Shown: positions 30,601-41,816 of the stretch, one piece after another | Layout: each line of letters opens with the position of its first letter | How positions within the stretch are numbered: the first letter of the stretch is position 1 | Assembly: GCA_965222115.1 (NCBI GenBank) | Contig: CBDCTJ010000007.1 | Coordinates: forward strand, 2,112,001-2,176,000 | Source: Planctomycetota bacterium | Lineage (GTDB): Bacteria > Planctomycetota > PLA2 > JAEUHO01 | Direction of reading: 5' to 3' | Length of the DNA: 64,000 nucleotides | Translations under genes and position numbers: made by a program | Notes under the pieces: generated by a model | Databases searched by the model: none | The model's input: the letters and a program-made list of their open reading frames with translations, nothing else | Told to the model about the DNA's origin: nothing

Positions 30601-30616
30601 TTATGCTCGCAAGTAA
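27611..30616 (+). CDS. ECF sigma-70 factor fused to a TM helix and carboxypeptidase-regulatory-like repeats
   Basis: Sigma region 2 (AEDVAQETFVAA...WLASIARH), region 4 (YRDVIVLRYYEDL...ETVRTRHRRG), TM helix, then GVVRSVDGVPLSGA-type repeats. Confidence 0.9.
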   Translation: MDHATASDLLADHTDFVRAVARAIVRDAHLAEDVAQETFVAAMRRAPKRHDAKRSWLASIARHRAIDTLRARRAAFDRELQVGSRANRPTLQASLRRAEIGRQLAEALLALEARYRDVIVLRYYEDLPPRVIAKRLNVPVETVRTRHRRGLDHLRTEFERMHGNDRSRAMGALASLGWFARSASVVGRVGQWVASHASVGVVATLVVVPLIIVAVLSRPQDSGPRRITVDSAKDGTHIVNNDASETPTRLTTQGHVAIDSSVLKRRSSPLVRDHHVGRVLEGVVRSVDGVPLSGAHVRLLASSNDGPMGGTMPIPGRTDRHAGIRAEAKTNVAGEYSLPDVPAGHYSLAVTKRGFVGQRARIGIAPTQRILRPIDMALVPSHARRGVLRDAAGNPVEGARVSCRSLNVLPMGAESGETVVHETDEAGHFVFEQIRGATKVALFVVAPGFPPTSFQVNHNTEFVINRGVERVVRFIERDGGQPVVNADVYMTLMDTVLGRERTRTIYVQGKTNLRGELSFRCARSDVVSVTLNHAHRGTFAYAPMTPLGITSGGLTPISPLALTPERDAVTFSVAPSIELTGRVLTPKGSSTKNARVFFRDGPFQERVIAVDADGRFRTRFASSTTPIGTRLIWATSPGQRTSAINVDRIVEDRAKTSRHVDLQLGPALSLRGRLVDEQSTPISGATIEVRQIHGAVQMLGSAPGRGVSDDKGAFVIPDFMHKDAAVLLRVDHSDYPVLEESSFLSMADARSRVQTIVLRRGAPCVLHVVDHLGDPVPYCHVAWQPQELAASGHPNPPSGEQAVTASQLGTVTLSRLAPGKHTFSLTHERHGTTTVQAIVPTYSDGEEHHIHLRMKPGLRRSGVVMSRGEPVRGARVSVSRESSDITDIIALVMGREPLSGVVTGVDGVFDLPVVADDARLVVRHRGYYHETLNLRDVPGDVRIELRPLSDSDRERVAELERKRAALMKQLAPTRPKESVSFATMARVAAITRDVLKIYARK

Positions 30617-30624
30617 GGCAGGGC

Positions 30625-31374
30625 TTAGGTCACTTGGTCATCGGATTGAACCGCGAGTGGTTCGTGCAATGTGCGCGGCAAACCTATGTCGATTTCAATT
30701 ACCCGGCCGACTGCATTCGGATTCGCCGAAAAGCCCCGTTTAGGCGCAGCCATCGTCGCGGTCACATCTGCGTGGATGCAGCGAGGAACTTCGTGGCCCG
30801 TATCCGCCAGCATGCCCGAAGGGATATCGACCGACACTACAGTCGTTTCGCATGCATTGATCGCGTCGATCCAGTCGATCCACGGCGACGTCAGTTCGCG
30901 ATCGCGCAGTCCTACGCCGAATAGGGCGTCCACGATCAGGGTGGGGGAAACGGAGATGAGCTCTGCTACGCGTTCTGGCCGGTCATGGACGTGCTCGACG
31001 GAGGCTTGTTCGTTGCAGAGTAGAAATTCAGTCAAGGCGTCCCCGGAAGGGGGTGGCTCCTTGGCGAGGCAGAGCACACGAGGTCGCCAGCCCCAGCTCC
31101 GGAGGAATCGAGCGGCTCCATAGCCATCGCCACCATTGTTGCCAGGCCCACAGAGCACCAGAACCGGGTCCCTCGGTCGAGCCAGCATGGAAACGACTTC
31201 GGCAATGCCTCTTGAGGCGTGTTCCATCAGGACCAGGCTGGGAATCCCGTGGATCTCGCTGGCCTGGGCGTCGAGTCTTTGGGCCTCTGCTCGCGAGATG
31301 GCGCGATGGGCTGGGTAGCCCAGTGGGATGCTGCGAGACAATTTGTGTAGGTTTTGGATCGACTTTCCAGCCAT
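30625..31374 (-). CDS. nnrE: NAD(P)H-hydrate epimerase (stand-alone YjeF N-terminal domain)
   Basis: LMEHA, LCGPGNNGGDG, IVDALFGVGL, SVDIPSG, ADVTAT, DIGLP. Confidence 0.93.
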   Translation of the reverse strand: MAGKSIQNLHKLSRSIPLGYPAHRAISRAEAQRLDAQASEIHGIPSLVLMEHASRGIAEVVSMLARPRDPVLVLCGPGNNGGDGYGAARFLRSWGWRPRVLCLAKEPPPSGDALTEFLLCNEQASVEHVHDRPERVAELISVSPTLIVDALFGVGLRDRELTSPWIDWIDAINACETTVVSVDIPSGMLADTGHEVPRCIHADVTATMAAPKRGFSANPNAVGRVIEIDIGLPRTLHEPLAVQSDDQVT

Positions 31375-31657
31375 AAACGCTCCCACCCCAACTGGAACCG
31401 GGGCCGTACCAGAGTACGCTTAGGAACGCTTCGCGGGACTCCGCACACGTGCGACCTAACCTTGAGAATGGCCCTCGATTTTTCGGCGATTTTTTCGCTG
31501 GGAAAAGCGTAGGAACCCTCCTCCGGCCCGGTACATTCCCCCGCCGCTCCACTGGAGCGCAAGAGCTTTTTTAACGGCCTGTCGATTCCTCTTCTTCGTT
31601 CATTGAAGAGCATGTGGAACGGCAGGTCGCGTACGTTCGGGCACGTCCCGTGCGTTA

Positions 31658-31670
31658 CGTTCTCTGACAG
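31658..31670 (+). promoter_or_regulatory. boxA-like antitermination element, rRNA leader
   Basis: CGTTCTCTGACAG, directly before the 16S 5' processing stalk GAGATGGTCCCGA, which pairs with TCGGGACCATCTC at 33624-33636. Confidence 0.55.
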
Positions 31671-31993
31671 TTTGAGATGGTCCCGAGACGTGGGAAGGCG
31701 AAGGCCTTTTCACGCTCGTATTCCTCGTAACTCTTGTGAGTCCTCATGATCGCCTGTTCGCAGGCAAGCCATGCAGGTTTAGGTTTCTGCGTTTTTCCGT
31801 GCGTTCGCGTGCGGCGAAACTACGGCTTCACCGCCCGATGAGACCGGAGTTACGAGACACGTGAAATAGTCTTGCAAAATCAAAAATTTAGGACACGACC
31901 GTTCATGGGCTTCGGCCGATGACGATTCGCGATTTCGGTCGCGTGACCGCAGCATCTGTTGCGGAAAAGACCACGTGTCCACCAGTTTCATAA

Positions 31994-33563
<1,570 letters not shown>

Positions 33564-33646
33564 GACTAGAACCTCAGAGCGGGAAACCGCATTTGAGTGA
33601 AGTTCGGACGTCTTCCCTAACGTTCGGGACCATCTCGTTTTTGAAA

Positions 33647-33726
33647 GGGGGGCATAGGCCCCCCTTCGCTTTGAAGTTGGACTCGTCAGCGAAGCTGACT
33701 TCCTCCAACATTCAAAGCTACCCCCC
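33647..33726 (+). repeat. Structured dispersed element, copy A (16S-23S spacer)
   Basis: G-run/C-run hairpin, long stem GCTTTGAA-GTTGGA...TCCAAC-A-TTCAAAGC, then TACCCCCC. Confidence 0.7.
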
Positions 33727-33827
33727 GATTAGGTAGCTGGCGGCTCTTCGCCTCCTCTATCGAGACTCCGTTGAGTCGATTGGGGCCGTCGTTTGGCGGG
33801 ATCCGGGGTCCAAGTGGCTCGGGATAC

Positions 33828-33839
33828 GGTCTTTGACAA
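33828..33839 (+). promoter_or_regulatory. boxA element in the 16S-23S spacer
   Basis: GGTCTTTGACAA, before the 23S 5' stalk GAATGGGGG, which pairs with CCCCCATTC at 38184-38192. Confidence 0.65.
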
Positions 33840-35284
33840 TTGAATGGGGGCTCGAAAGAGCCCAAACAAGCCAGGTTTAGTAACCACAATCGGCTTTTCG
33901 TGGCAGGGATGCTTCGGCGTCTTTGTTTGCGAAGAGCTAGTAGGTTCTTTACGAGTGGTGTGTGCGTGGGCATTTTTGTGTCTACGTAGACGCCAGATTC
34001 GTGATTCTCACGATTGGTTGAGGAACGTGAGTTCCGCAGTCAATTTGCAACAAACACTCGAGCCAAAGACTTAGTAACAATCAACGTTGCTTCATGAGGC
34101 GCAAGTCTCGTGGTGGCAGCGAAGGAAGTTTCTTGGTCAAGCTAATAAGGGTGTGTGGTGGATGCCTTGGCGCTGAGAGGCGATGAAGGACGTGGTCAGC
34201 TGCGATAAGCTTCGGGGAGGTGTAAACAACCTTTGATCCGGAGATCTCCGAATGCGGGAACGCGGTAGGGGTGAATTCCCTACCACTGCATGGTGAATGC
34301 ATAGCCATGTAGAGCCAACGGGGCGAACTGAAACATCTTAGTAACCCCAGGAATAGAAAGAAACATCGATGTCCGTAGTAGCGGCGAGCGAAATGGACAC
34401 AGCCCAAACCGTATGCATGTAAGTCTAGATGCGTTGTGTATGCGGTGTTGCGGGACCCATGTCTTGTAGATCTAGCTGCAGGCAGAAGTTACCAAAGCTA
34501 TGTGTAGCCGAAATACACTGGAAAGAATGCCGTAGAGGGTGATAGCCCCGTAGGCGAAACGCATAGCTCTTCTGATTGGGCACCCAAGTAGGGTCGGACA
34601 CGTGAAACCCGGCCTGAATCCGGGGGGACCACCCCCCAAGGCTAAATACTCCTCAGCGACCGATAGCGAACCAGTAGCGCGAGCGAAAATGGTGAAAAGA
34701 ACCCCTGTTAGGGGAGTGAAACAGTACCTGAAACCACATACCTACATTCTGTGGGAGCCCTATACATCTTCGGATGGATGGGTGACCGCGTACCTTTTGC
34801 ATAATGGGCCCGCGAGTTAATCTGTTCGGCAAGGTTAAGAGCTTCAGGCTCGGAGCCGTAGCGAAAGCGAGTACTAATAGTGCGTCCAAGTCGTGCGGAT
34901 TAGACCCGAAGATAAGTGATCTATCCATGGGCAGGATGAAGCGTCTGTAACAGGACGTGGAGGTCCGAACGGGTAAACGGTGAAAAGTTTTCCGATGACT
35001 TGTGGATAGGAGTAAAAGGCTTGCCAAACTTATCGATATCTGGTTCTCGCCGAAATGCCTTTAGGGGCAGCGTCGTGTTATAGCTACCGGGGGTAGAGAT
35101 ACTGATCGGGATAGGGGGGAGCAATCCTACCCTACCTAGCCAAACTCCGAATACCGGTGGCCTCTATCACGGCAGTGAGTCGTTGGGCGATAAGGTCCTC
35201 CGACGAGAGGGGAACAGCCCAGACCGTCAGCTAAGGTCCCCAATACATACTGAGTGCGAAAGGAAGTGGAAGTGCTAAGACAGC

Positions 35285-35338
<54 letters not shown>

Positions 35339-36176
35339 GTCGAGCATTTCTGCGCCGATAATAAACGGGACTAAGTATGTAACCGAAGCTACGGCTTTAT
35401 AACATCTGCGGATGCTATAAGGGGTAGGCGAGCGTAGGACGTTAGGTTGAAGCCGGACTGTGAAGACCGGTGGACGATGTTCTAGTGCGTATGCGGGCAC
35501 GAGTAACGAGAAATGCAGTGAGAATCTGCATCGCCGAAAACCCAAGGTTTCCTGGGCAAGGTAAATCCACCCAGGGTTAGTCGGACCCTAAGGCGAGGCC
35601 GAAAGGCGTAGTCGATGGATAACAGGTCAACATTCCTGTACCGGCTGGTATCCCGCAAGGGGTTGAGGAGGGGTGAAGAAGGCTAGGCACGCCAGCGTGT
35701 AGTAGTGCTGGTCCAAGGCAGTAGGGTTGAGCGTAGGCAAATCCGCGCTCTGCATACCTGAGAGCTGATGGGGAGACCGATTTTGAGTCGAAGGTGTTGA
35801 CGCCATGCTTCCGAGAAAAGCTTCGCAACATTGAGCCAGCCGTCCGTACCTCAAACCGACACAGGTGGGTGAGATGAGAATTCTAAGGCGCTCGAGAGAA
35901 CCATCGCTAAGGAACTCGGCAAAATAGCTCCGTAACTTCGGGAGAAGGAGTGCCCTCAGGGGTGATGAACTTCGCGTTCTGAGCTCAGGGGGGTCGCAGT
36001 GAAAGGTGGGCTGCAACTGTTTATCAAAAACACAGGTCTGTGCCAAGACGTAAGTCGATGTATACAGACTGACACTTGCTCAGTGACGGAAGGTTAAAGC
36101 AAGGGGTTAGCCCTCGGGCGAAGCTCCGAACCCAAGCCCCGTTAAACAGCGGCCGTAACTATGACGGTCCTAAGGT

Positions 36177-36928
36177 TAAGCGTTGCCCTTCGCCGGCTGC
36201 TTGTTTCAAGCATTTTGATTCAGGCGGTCGAGTGGCAGGCGGCGACCGTGGTGCCCGTTCGATCGGGAAGGAAGCCACGCAGCCTTAGTAAAATCGAACC
36301 ATATGCGGGAAACTCCTCCACAGCCGTCCGGTACTCGTGTTTTTCGTCAACGAAAGACGCAGTAACAATCCGGCGGACACGTTCATGAGTCCAGTACTTG
36401 TGGACAATGGGGACAATCCGCAGGGAAGGCCCTTTTGCAAGGGAACCCTCAGAGACTTTACGTTCGAGATCAGCCGATGAACCTTGACGCACAATGGATC
36501 GTAGGCTTCGTGGATGGCGAAGGCTGCTTTCATGTTGGGATTGCCAAGCACCCCGACATGACGGTGGGCCATCAGGTATTGCCTGAATTCGTCGTCGTGC
36601 AACACGAGCGCGATGTGCAGTTATTGCACGCATTCAAAGCATATTTCGGGTGCGGCGTGGTTCGTTCGAATCACGACGACCGAATGTGTTACCGCGTGCG
36701 AAAGCGCGAGCATCTGCTCACACACATCGTTCCGTTCTTCGTCAAGCACCCGCTCAAATCAAAGAAGCGCGTGGACTTTCAAAAGTTCCGCCGCGTCTTG
36801 CTCAAGATGGAAGCGGGCGATCATTTGACTGTCGATGGGCTGGAGGACATCCGGCGCATTGCACACCAGATGAATCGAGGTCGATCAAGATAAAGTCCGG
36901 CTTCGTTGGAAACAGCGGAGATGAACCG
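36177..36928 (+). mobile_element. Group I intron at 23S position L1931 (E. coli numbering), 752 nt
   Basis: Interrupts CCTAAGGT^AGCGAAATTCC; 5' exon ends in U and intron ends in G; internal guide CGTTGCCCTT; P ATATGCGGGAAA, Q AATCCGCAGG, R CTCAGAGACTTTACG, S AAGATAAAGTCC. Confidence 0.95.
36477..36893 (+). CDS. Single-motif LAGLIDADG homing endonuclease (intron-encoded)
   Basis: WIVGFVDGEGCF, FVVVQH, YFGCG, IVPFF...PLKSKKRVDFQKF, HLT..GL..I...MN. Confidence 0.95.
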   Translation: MNLDAQWIVGFVDGEGCFHVGIAKHPDMTVGHQVLPEFVVVQHERDVQLLHAFKAYFGCGVVRSNHDDRMCYRVRKREHLLTHIVPFFVKHPLKSKKRVDFQKFRRVLLKMEAGDHLTVDGLEDIRRIAHQMNRGRSR

Positions 36929-36963
<35 letters not shown>

Positions 36964-37486
36964 TGAATAGTGTAATGACGGCCCAACTGTCTCAGCGATG
37001 GACTCGGTGAAACTGTAGTTGTGGTGAAAATACCATGGCCCCGCGGCTAGACGGAAAGACCCCGTGAACCTTTACTGTAGGCTAATATTGGCGTTAGGCA
37101 TCTCATGTGTAGCATAGCTGGGAGTCGTTATAACCAAGGGTCGCTAGATCCGAGGGAGACATCAGTGAAATACCAGCCTTGTGGTGTTTGACTTCTAACC
37201 TCATGCCGTGAATCCGGGTGAGGAACAGTGTTAGTTGGGCAGTTTGGCTGGGGAGGTCTCCTCCTAAAAGGTAACGGAGGAGCGCAAAGGTACCCTCAGT
37301 ACGGTTGGCAATCGTGCGTAGAGCGTAAAGGTATAAGGGTGCTTGACTGCGAGACCGATGGGTCGAGCAGAAACGAAAGTTGGCCTTAGTGATCCGGCGC
37401 TTCCGAGTGGAAGGGGCGTCGCTAATCAGACAAAAGGTACTCCGGGGATAACAGGCTGATCCCGCCTAAGAGTCCATATCGACGGC

Positions 37487-37532
<46 letters not shown>

Positions 37533-37533
37533 G

Positions 37534-37585
<52 letters not shown>

Positions 37586-37961
37586 CAGACCGACGTGAGT
37601 CAGGTCGGTCCCTATCTGCCGTGGGTGTAGGAAAATTGAGGAGATATGACTTTAGTACGAGAGGATTTAGTTGTACGAACCTCTGGTGTGCCGGTTATCG
37701 CGCTAGCGGTAGCGCCGGGTAGCTATGTTCGGAACGGATAAACGCTGAAAGCATCTAAGCGTGAAGCCTTCTCCAAAACGAGTTTTCCCTATCAGACCCC
37801 TTGAAGACCACGAGGTGATAGGCCAGGCGTGTAAGCACAGCAATGTGTTCAGCGGACTGGTACTAATCGGTCGATCGGCTTGACCATTTTCCCTTCTGTG
37901 GCATGTGGATGCATGGCGCGTCTTGTTCGGTGGTTTCCAGCGAATGAGCAATGCAGCCATC

Positions 37962-38009
37962 CCTCTTCGGAGGACGAACCTCTTCGGAAGACAATCCTCT
38001 TCGGAAGAC
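37962..38009 (+). repeat. Three tandem repeats CCTCTTCGGARGAC with 17-nt period
   Basis: Copies at 37962, 37979 and 37996, each containing a C(UUCG)G tetraloop core. Confidence 0.85.
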
Positions 38010-38207
38010 CAAGCATGCACTGGAAGAGAAAACAAAGTCGGATAATTTGACGCGCCCATATGCAGCGCATGGGTTATCCGGTCTTTGCTCGAGCATGTCG
38101 TTTCGCGTGAGAGCGCGAGCGACGCGATGCAAATCGTGAGAAAATCATCTGGCGGAGTTGAAGCTCGGCACTGCGTGCCCTTGCCCCCATTCTTCCTTTT
38201 TATCAAA

Positions 38208-38371
38208 GGGGTGATCCCCCTTTCGCTCTTGACTTGAATTCGCTCGGCGAGGCCTCGCGTTCCAAGATCAAGAGCTAACCCCCCGTTTTTAACTAGGGGC
38301 ATAGCCCCTTTCGCATCGGACTTGAATTTCGCTCAGCGTTGCTTCGCGTTCCAAGATCCGCTGCTAACCCC
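38208..38371 (+). repeat. Structured dispersed element, copies B (38208-38284) and C (38296-38371)
   Basis: Both read GGGG..CCCC TTTCGC...GACTTGAATT(T)CGCTC...CGCGTTCCAAGATC...GCTAACCCC. Confidence 0.85.
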
Positions 38372-38382
38372 AAGTTAGTTTT

Positions 38383-38493
38383 TCCCGGTGCCCATACCTG
38401 AAGGGCCACACCCGATCCCATTCCGAACTCGACCGTTAAGCCTTCAGGGCCGATGATACTGCCGCAAGGTGGAAAAGTAGGTTAGTGCCGGGG
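38383..38493 (+). rRNA. rrf: 5S rRNA
   Basis: CCCGGTG...CACCCGATCCCATTCCGAACTCGACCGTTAAG...GCCGATGATACT...AGTAGGTTAGTGCCGGG. Confidence 0.96.
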
Positions 38494-38503
38494 TTTATTT
38501 GCG

Positions 38504-38552
38504 ATAGCCCAGTAGCCGTAGTGCTGCTGGGCTATTCTTTTTTTCTTTTTTT
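38504..38552 (+). terminator. Rho-independent terminator of the rRNA operon
   Basis: ATAGCCCAGTAGC/GCTGCTGGGCTAT stem followed by a long T tract. Confidence 0.9.
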
Positions 38553-38666
38553 GAAAGGGCGAAGCCCAATTTGCAGCGTTGCGGCCGGCACGTGCTTGCG
38601 GGGTAGGCTGCCCCGTCCATCTCTGGAGGATTGGATCTGTAGCTAGAAAGGGAAATTCGATGTCTT

Positions 38667-38696
38667 TGTGTGAATCTATGTGTAGAATCTCACACA
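38667..38696 (+). promoter_or_regulatory. vapBC promoter/operator palindrome
   Basis: TGTGTGA...TCACACA inverted repeat enclosing TAGAAT (-10), 7 nt before the antitoxin ATG. Confidence 0.65.
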
Positions 38697-38911
38697 TGGC
38701 AACCAATCTCTCAATCGATCCGAATTTGATCAACGAGGCTCTCGCTGTCAGTGGTCAGAAAACAAAAAAGGCTGCCGTCACCCTGGCCCTCAAGGAATTC
38801 ATTGCACGAAGAAGGCAAGCGAGGCTCGTGGAGTTGTTTGGGGCTCTGAAGTGGGACGATTCGTACAACTACAAGCGCGATCGCTCGCGCGGTAATTCCG
38901 AAGAGAGTTAG
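38696..38911 (+). CDS. vapB: VapB family antitoxin
   Basis: MATNLSIDPNLINEALAVSGQKTKKAAVTLALKEFIARR...YNYK, directly upstream of a PIN-domain gene. Confidence 0.9.
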   Translation: MATNLSIDPNLINEALAVSGQKTKKAAVTLALKEFIARRRQARLVELFGALKWDDSYNYKRDRSRGNSEES

Positions 38912-38913
38912 TT

Positions 38914-39318
38914 TTGGGGTACTTCGTCGATACCAGTGTTTGGTCACTGGCCTTTCGGCGCGACGTCATCGAGTCGTCCCCGCATGTCAAGCTGCTTTTG
39001 CAGCTACTCTCGGAGAGAGGCGTCGTCTTTTACACAGGACTTGTACTGCAGGAGTTGCTGCAGGGATTCGGTGGGCCACGCGCGTTCGACGAATTGCTTG
39101 AACGGTTCTCCGTGTTGCCGTGTCTCGAGCCGTCCCGTCAGGACTATGTGGGTGCAGCGAAGCTCCGCAACGTATGCCGCCGAAACGGCGTTCAAGTGGG
39201 AACGATCGATGCTCTGCTCGCTCAGCTGTGTCTTCGGCACGATCTCGAGATGCTCTCGACCGATGCAGACTTCTCAAACATGACCCCGCACTGCGGGATT
39301 CGGGTATGGGCACCCTGA
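38914..39318 (+). CDS. vapC: VapC PIN-domain ribonuclease toxin
   Basis: VDTSVWSLAFRR, VLQELLQG, GTIDALLAQL and STDADF acidic catalytic residues. Confidence 0.93.
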   Translation: MGYFVDTSVWSLAFRRDVIESSPHVKLLLQLLSERGVVFYTGLVLQELLQGFGGPRAFDELLERFSVLPCLEPSRQDYVGAAKLRNVCRRNGVQVGTIDALLAQLCLRHDLEMLSTDADFSNMTPHCGIRVWAP

Positions 39319-39496
39319 GTTTGACGCGATTCTCGGTGTGACACCCGTGGTAGTTCACGTCTTTGCGGCGCGATCCCAGTTTCGCGGTTTTCCGGGCCGA
39401 TGTTCGAACTTGGATCAGGCGTACCCCTTGCCAATCCCACCACCGGCGCTAGACTCCCGCTGCCGCGGATGACGATCTAGGTCATCGGCCATTCGT

Positions 39497-39573
39497 GGGC
39501 GTATAGCTCAGTCGGCTAGAGCGCCGCCCTGATAAGGCGGAGGTCCCTGGTTCAAGTCCAGGTACGCCCACCA
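39497..39573 (+). tRNA. tRNA-Ile (GAT)
   Basis: GGGCGTATAGCTCAG...CCGCC CTGATAA GGCGG...GGTTCAAGTCC...TACGCCCACCA; full cloverleaf with encoded CCA. Confidence 0.97.
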
Positions 39574-39582
39574 GTCCTTTAA

Positions 39583-39802
39583 GGGGGTCAGGGACCCCGC
39601 GCAGCGCGGAGCGCTGCTTGCCAACAGCACGGGCTTTCGACTTGAATTCGCGAAGCACAGCTTCGCGTTCCAAGATCGAAAGCTAAGCCCCACTTAGAAC
39701 TTGGGGGGTCGGTGACCCCGCGTAGTGCGACGCCTGTTTCCATTACAGCAGCAGAGTCAAGCATGGCGTCGCCTCGCCTTCCATGATCTGACGCTGTTCC
39801 CC
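39583..39802 (+). repeat. Structured dispersed element, copy D (39583-39691) and degenerate copy E (39703-39802)
   Basis: D: GGGGTC..GACCCC...GCTTTCGACTTGAATTCGCG...CGCGTTCCAAGATCGAAAGCTAAGCCCC. E: GGGGTC..GACCCC...CATGG...TTCCATGATC...TTCCCC. Confidence 0.75.
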
Positions 39803-40343
39803 TCGACGTCGATACTTCTCTTCCCCGTCGATTGAATGGGCGAGAGCTCAATGAGCTGCCGACAGCGACATTCATCACGTGCGCTCTCTGCGGTCCTGCA
39901 CCTCTGCGCGCGGCTGATTGAGGCGCGTCCGAATGAAACGCGCAGGCGAATCCGGTCGGGCGGATGAACGGCTTGGGCAATGCAAGAACCCGGCGTGACG
40001 ATTCGAGGCGACGGCCCCCGTATTGAAGCGCACGTCATTGCTCGCCGCAGCGATGGTCACGCTCGGTGTCTACAACGCGATCATCTTGATGGCGGAGAAC
40101 GTGCTGTAGCGGTTTCCCCATGCGTACAAATCCATCGAAGTCTGAGTTGAGACCCGAGGCGCCGCATAGCTAGTGCCCAGCAAGACCCATGCAAAAAAGA
40201 CCGCAACATCGCCCATGTTTTGGATTTCGGGGACGGCGGCCCAACTGGCAGCATCCAATGGTCGATAGGGGGCGTTGGTGCCCATAGTTTGCTGTGGGGC
40301 CGACTTGAATCGTACGGCCCTTACGCGCAAGGAACGTTGCTGC

Positions 40344-41816
40344 ATGTCTACACCGTTTAAGATCGGACTCGCGTGTCTGTTCGCGCTTGCGCTTGCTGCA
40401 AGTGTGACCTATTTCCTGCTCGACGAAGATGACGAATCGATGCGCCATACGGATGGTGTTACGGACGTGTCGAGCGACGGTACGCCACGTCGTGGAAATG
40501 AGTACCTCACGGGTACATCGGATCGCCGTGAAGGGGAGTCGTCGGATAGATCGCCCGTGCTTTCGGCGGGCGGACTTCGCCCAGGGGGACGAGAAGCAAC
40601 GGGTCCCAATCTCGGGTCGCCCGAAGAGCGCGCGCGGCACCTACGGGAACTGCTCAACGCCGCAGAGATTCGTTGGGAGGACGTGGCGCGATTGCTCTCC
40701 GTGATGGATGAGCCACTCTCGGCCGAGGCACGCGGCATCTTGCTCAATCGTCTCCAGACCGGACCCCAGTTCAACCGTGTACTCAAGGCGTTTGCGATGG
40801 TGCGCGATCCCGAAGTGGTAAAGGGCGTCATCTCCCTCTATGAAGACACTGGATCATCTTCCCGTGCGAAAAAGGCTGCCCTACAGGCGCTTTGGCAAAT
40901 GCCCGTTGAAGACCCCAACGAGATTTCGCGCTACCTCGAGTCACAGCTGAGTGGTGAACTTGGCCGCGACGGAAAGGTGCTCAATGCGCTCGCGCGACGT
41001 GGCGGGAAAGAAAGCGTGCGCGCCATGATCGCATACGTGCAGTCCCTCAAAAATCCTCAATCCATGCCGCCCTATCTCCTGCGCGCGATTCCCCCTAGCG
41101 AGGATGAAGAGGTTCGAGCAATCATTCGCGATGGGCTCACCAGCAGTCAAACCTCGCCTGGCGCGCTTCGCGGCCTCCTGCGCATGGTTGCCGATCCTGC
41201 GATGCACGGATTTGGCGACACGCTCGTTTCGCTCGATCGACCCGATCAATCCATGGAAGTGCGGCGCCAACTCTACGCCACGATGAGCGACTCGGGCGAT
41301 AGCGCGGCCATTGCCCACCTCGCCAAGCGTGCTGAGGAATCCGGTCACATGGGCACCATGGCGCTTGAAGCGTTGGGACGCGTCAAAGTGGCCAATCCCG
41401 AAGGTCGCAAATCGCTCATGAATCTCCTGGAACGCTCCCCGCTCCATGCCAATCCCAACAAGGCCAAGGAACACCTGTTACTCGCGTTGGGTTCGCTAGG
41501 ACACCGGCCGGCCATGCCTGCCATGGTCAGTTCGCTTGAAGATTCGGAGCCGCGTGTTCAGATCGCTGCCATTCGCGGCCTCGGGCGGATGGGTTCCGCC
41601 GCTAGGGAGCACCTCCCAACGCTTGCGCGCGTTTTCAAGGAGGGCAACGGGGCCATGCAGCAGCGCGTCGCTGTTGCCGTCGGTCGCATTGGCGGCCCCA
41701 AGGCCCTTGAATTGATGAAGAGCATGGAATCCACCGATGGCATCGAAGAAAGCGTTCGACGCACACTCAAAGTGGCCATTCGCTCGCTCTCTAGCCGTAT
41801 TGCGCAGCGTCGCTAG
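40344..41816 (+). CDS. Membrane-anchored HEAT-repeat protein
   Basis: N-terminal TM helix; repeats such as LEDSEPRVQIAAIRGLGRMG and AVAVGRIG. Confidence 0.85.
   Translation: MSTPFKIGLACLFALALAASVTYFLLDEDDESMRHTDGVTDVSSDGTPRRGNEYLTGTSDRREGESSDRSPVLSAGGLRPGGREATGPNLGSPEERARHLRELLNAAEIRWEDVARLLSVMDEPLSAEARGILLNRLQTGPQFNRVLKAFAMVRDPEVVKGVISLYEDTGSSSRAKKAALQALWQMPVEDPNEISRYLESQLSGELGRDGKVLNALARRGGKESVRAMIAYVQSLKNPQSMPPYLLRAIPPSEDEEVRAIIRDGLTSSQTSPGALRGLLRMVADPAMHGFGDTLVSLDRPDQSMEVRRQLYATMSDSGDSAAIAHLAKRAEESGHMGTMALEALGRVKVANPEGRKSLMNLLERSPLHANPNKAKEHLLLALGSLGHRPAMPAMVSSLEDSEPRVQIAAIRGLGRMGSAAREHLPTLARVFKEGNGAMQQRVAVAVGRIGGPKALELMKSMESTDGIEESVRRTLKVAIRSLSSRIAQRR

Noticed and set aside
37962-38371. 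Spacer repeats as a CRISPR array
   Set aside because: There are no unique spacers of about 30-40 nt and no cas genes in the window.
39803-40343. Short ORFs between tRNA-Ile and the HEAT gene
   Set aside because: They have no recognisable motif, RBS or consistent frame; this may be a gene remnant but I cannot support it.
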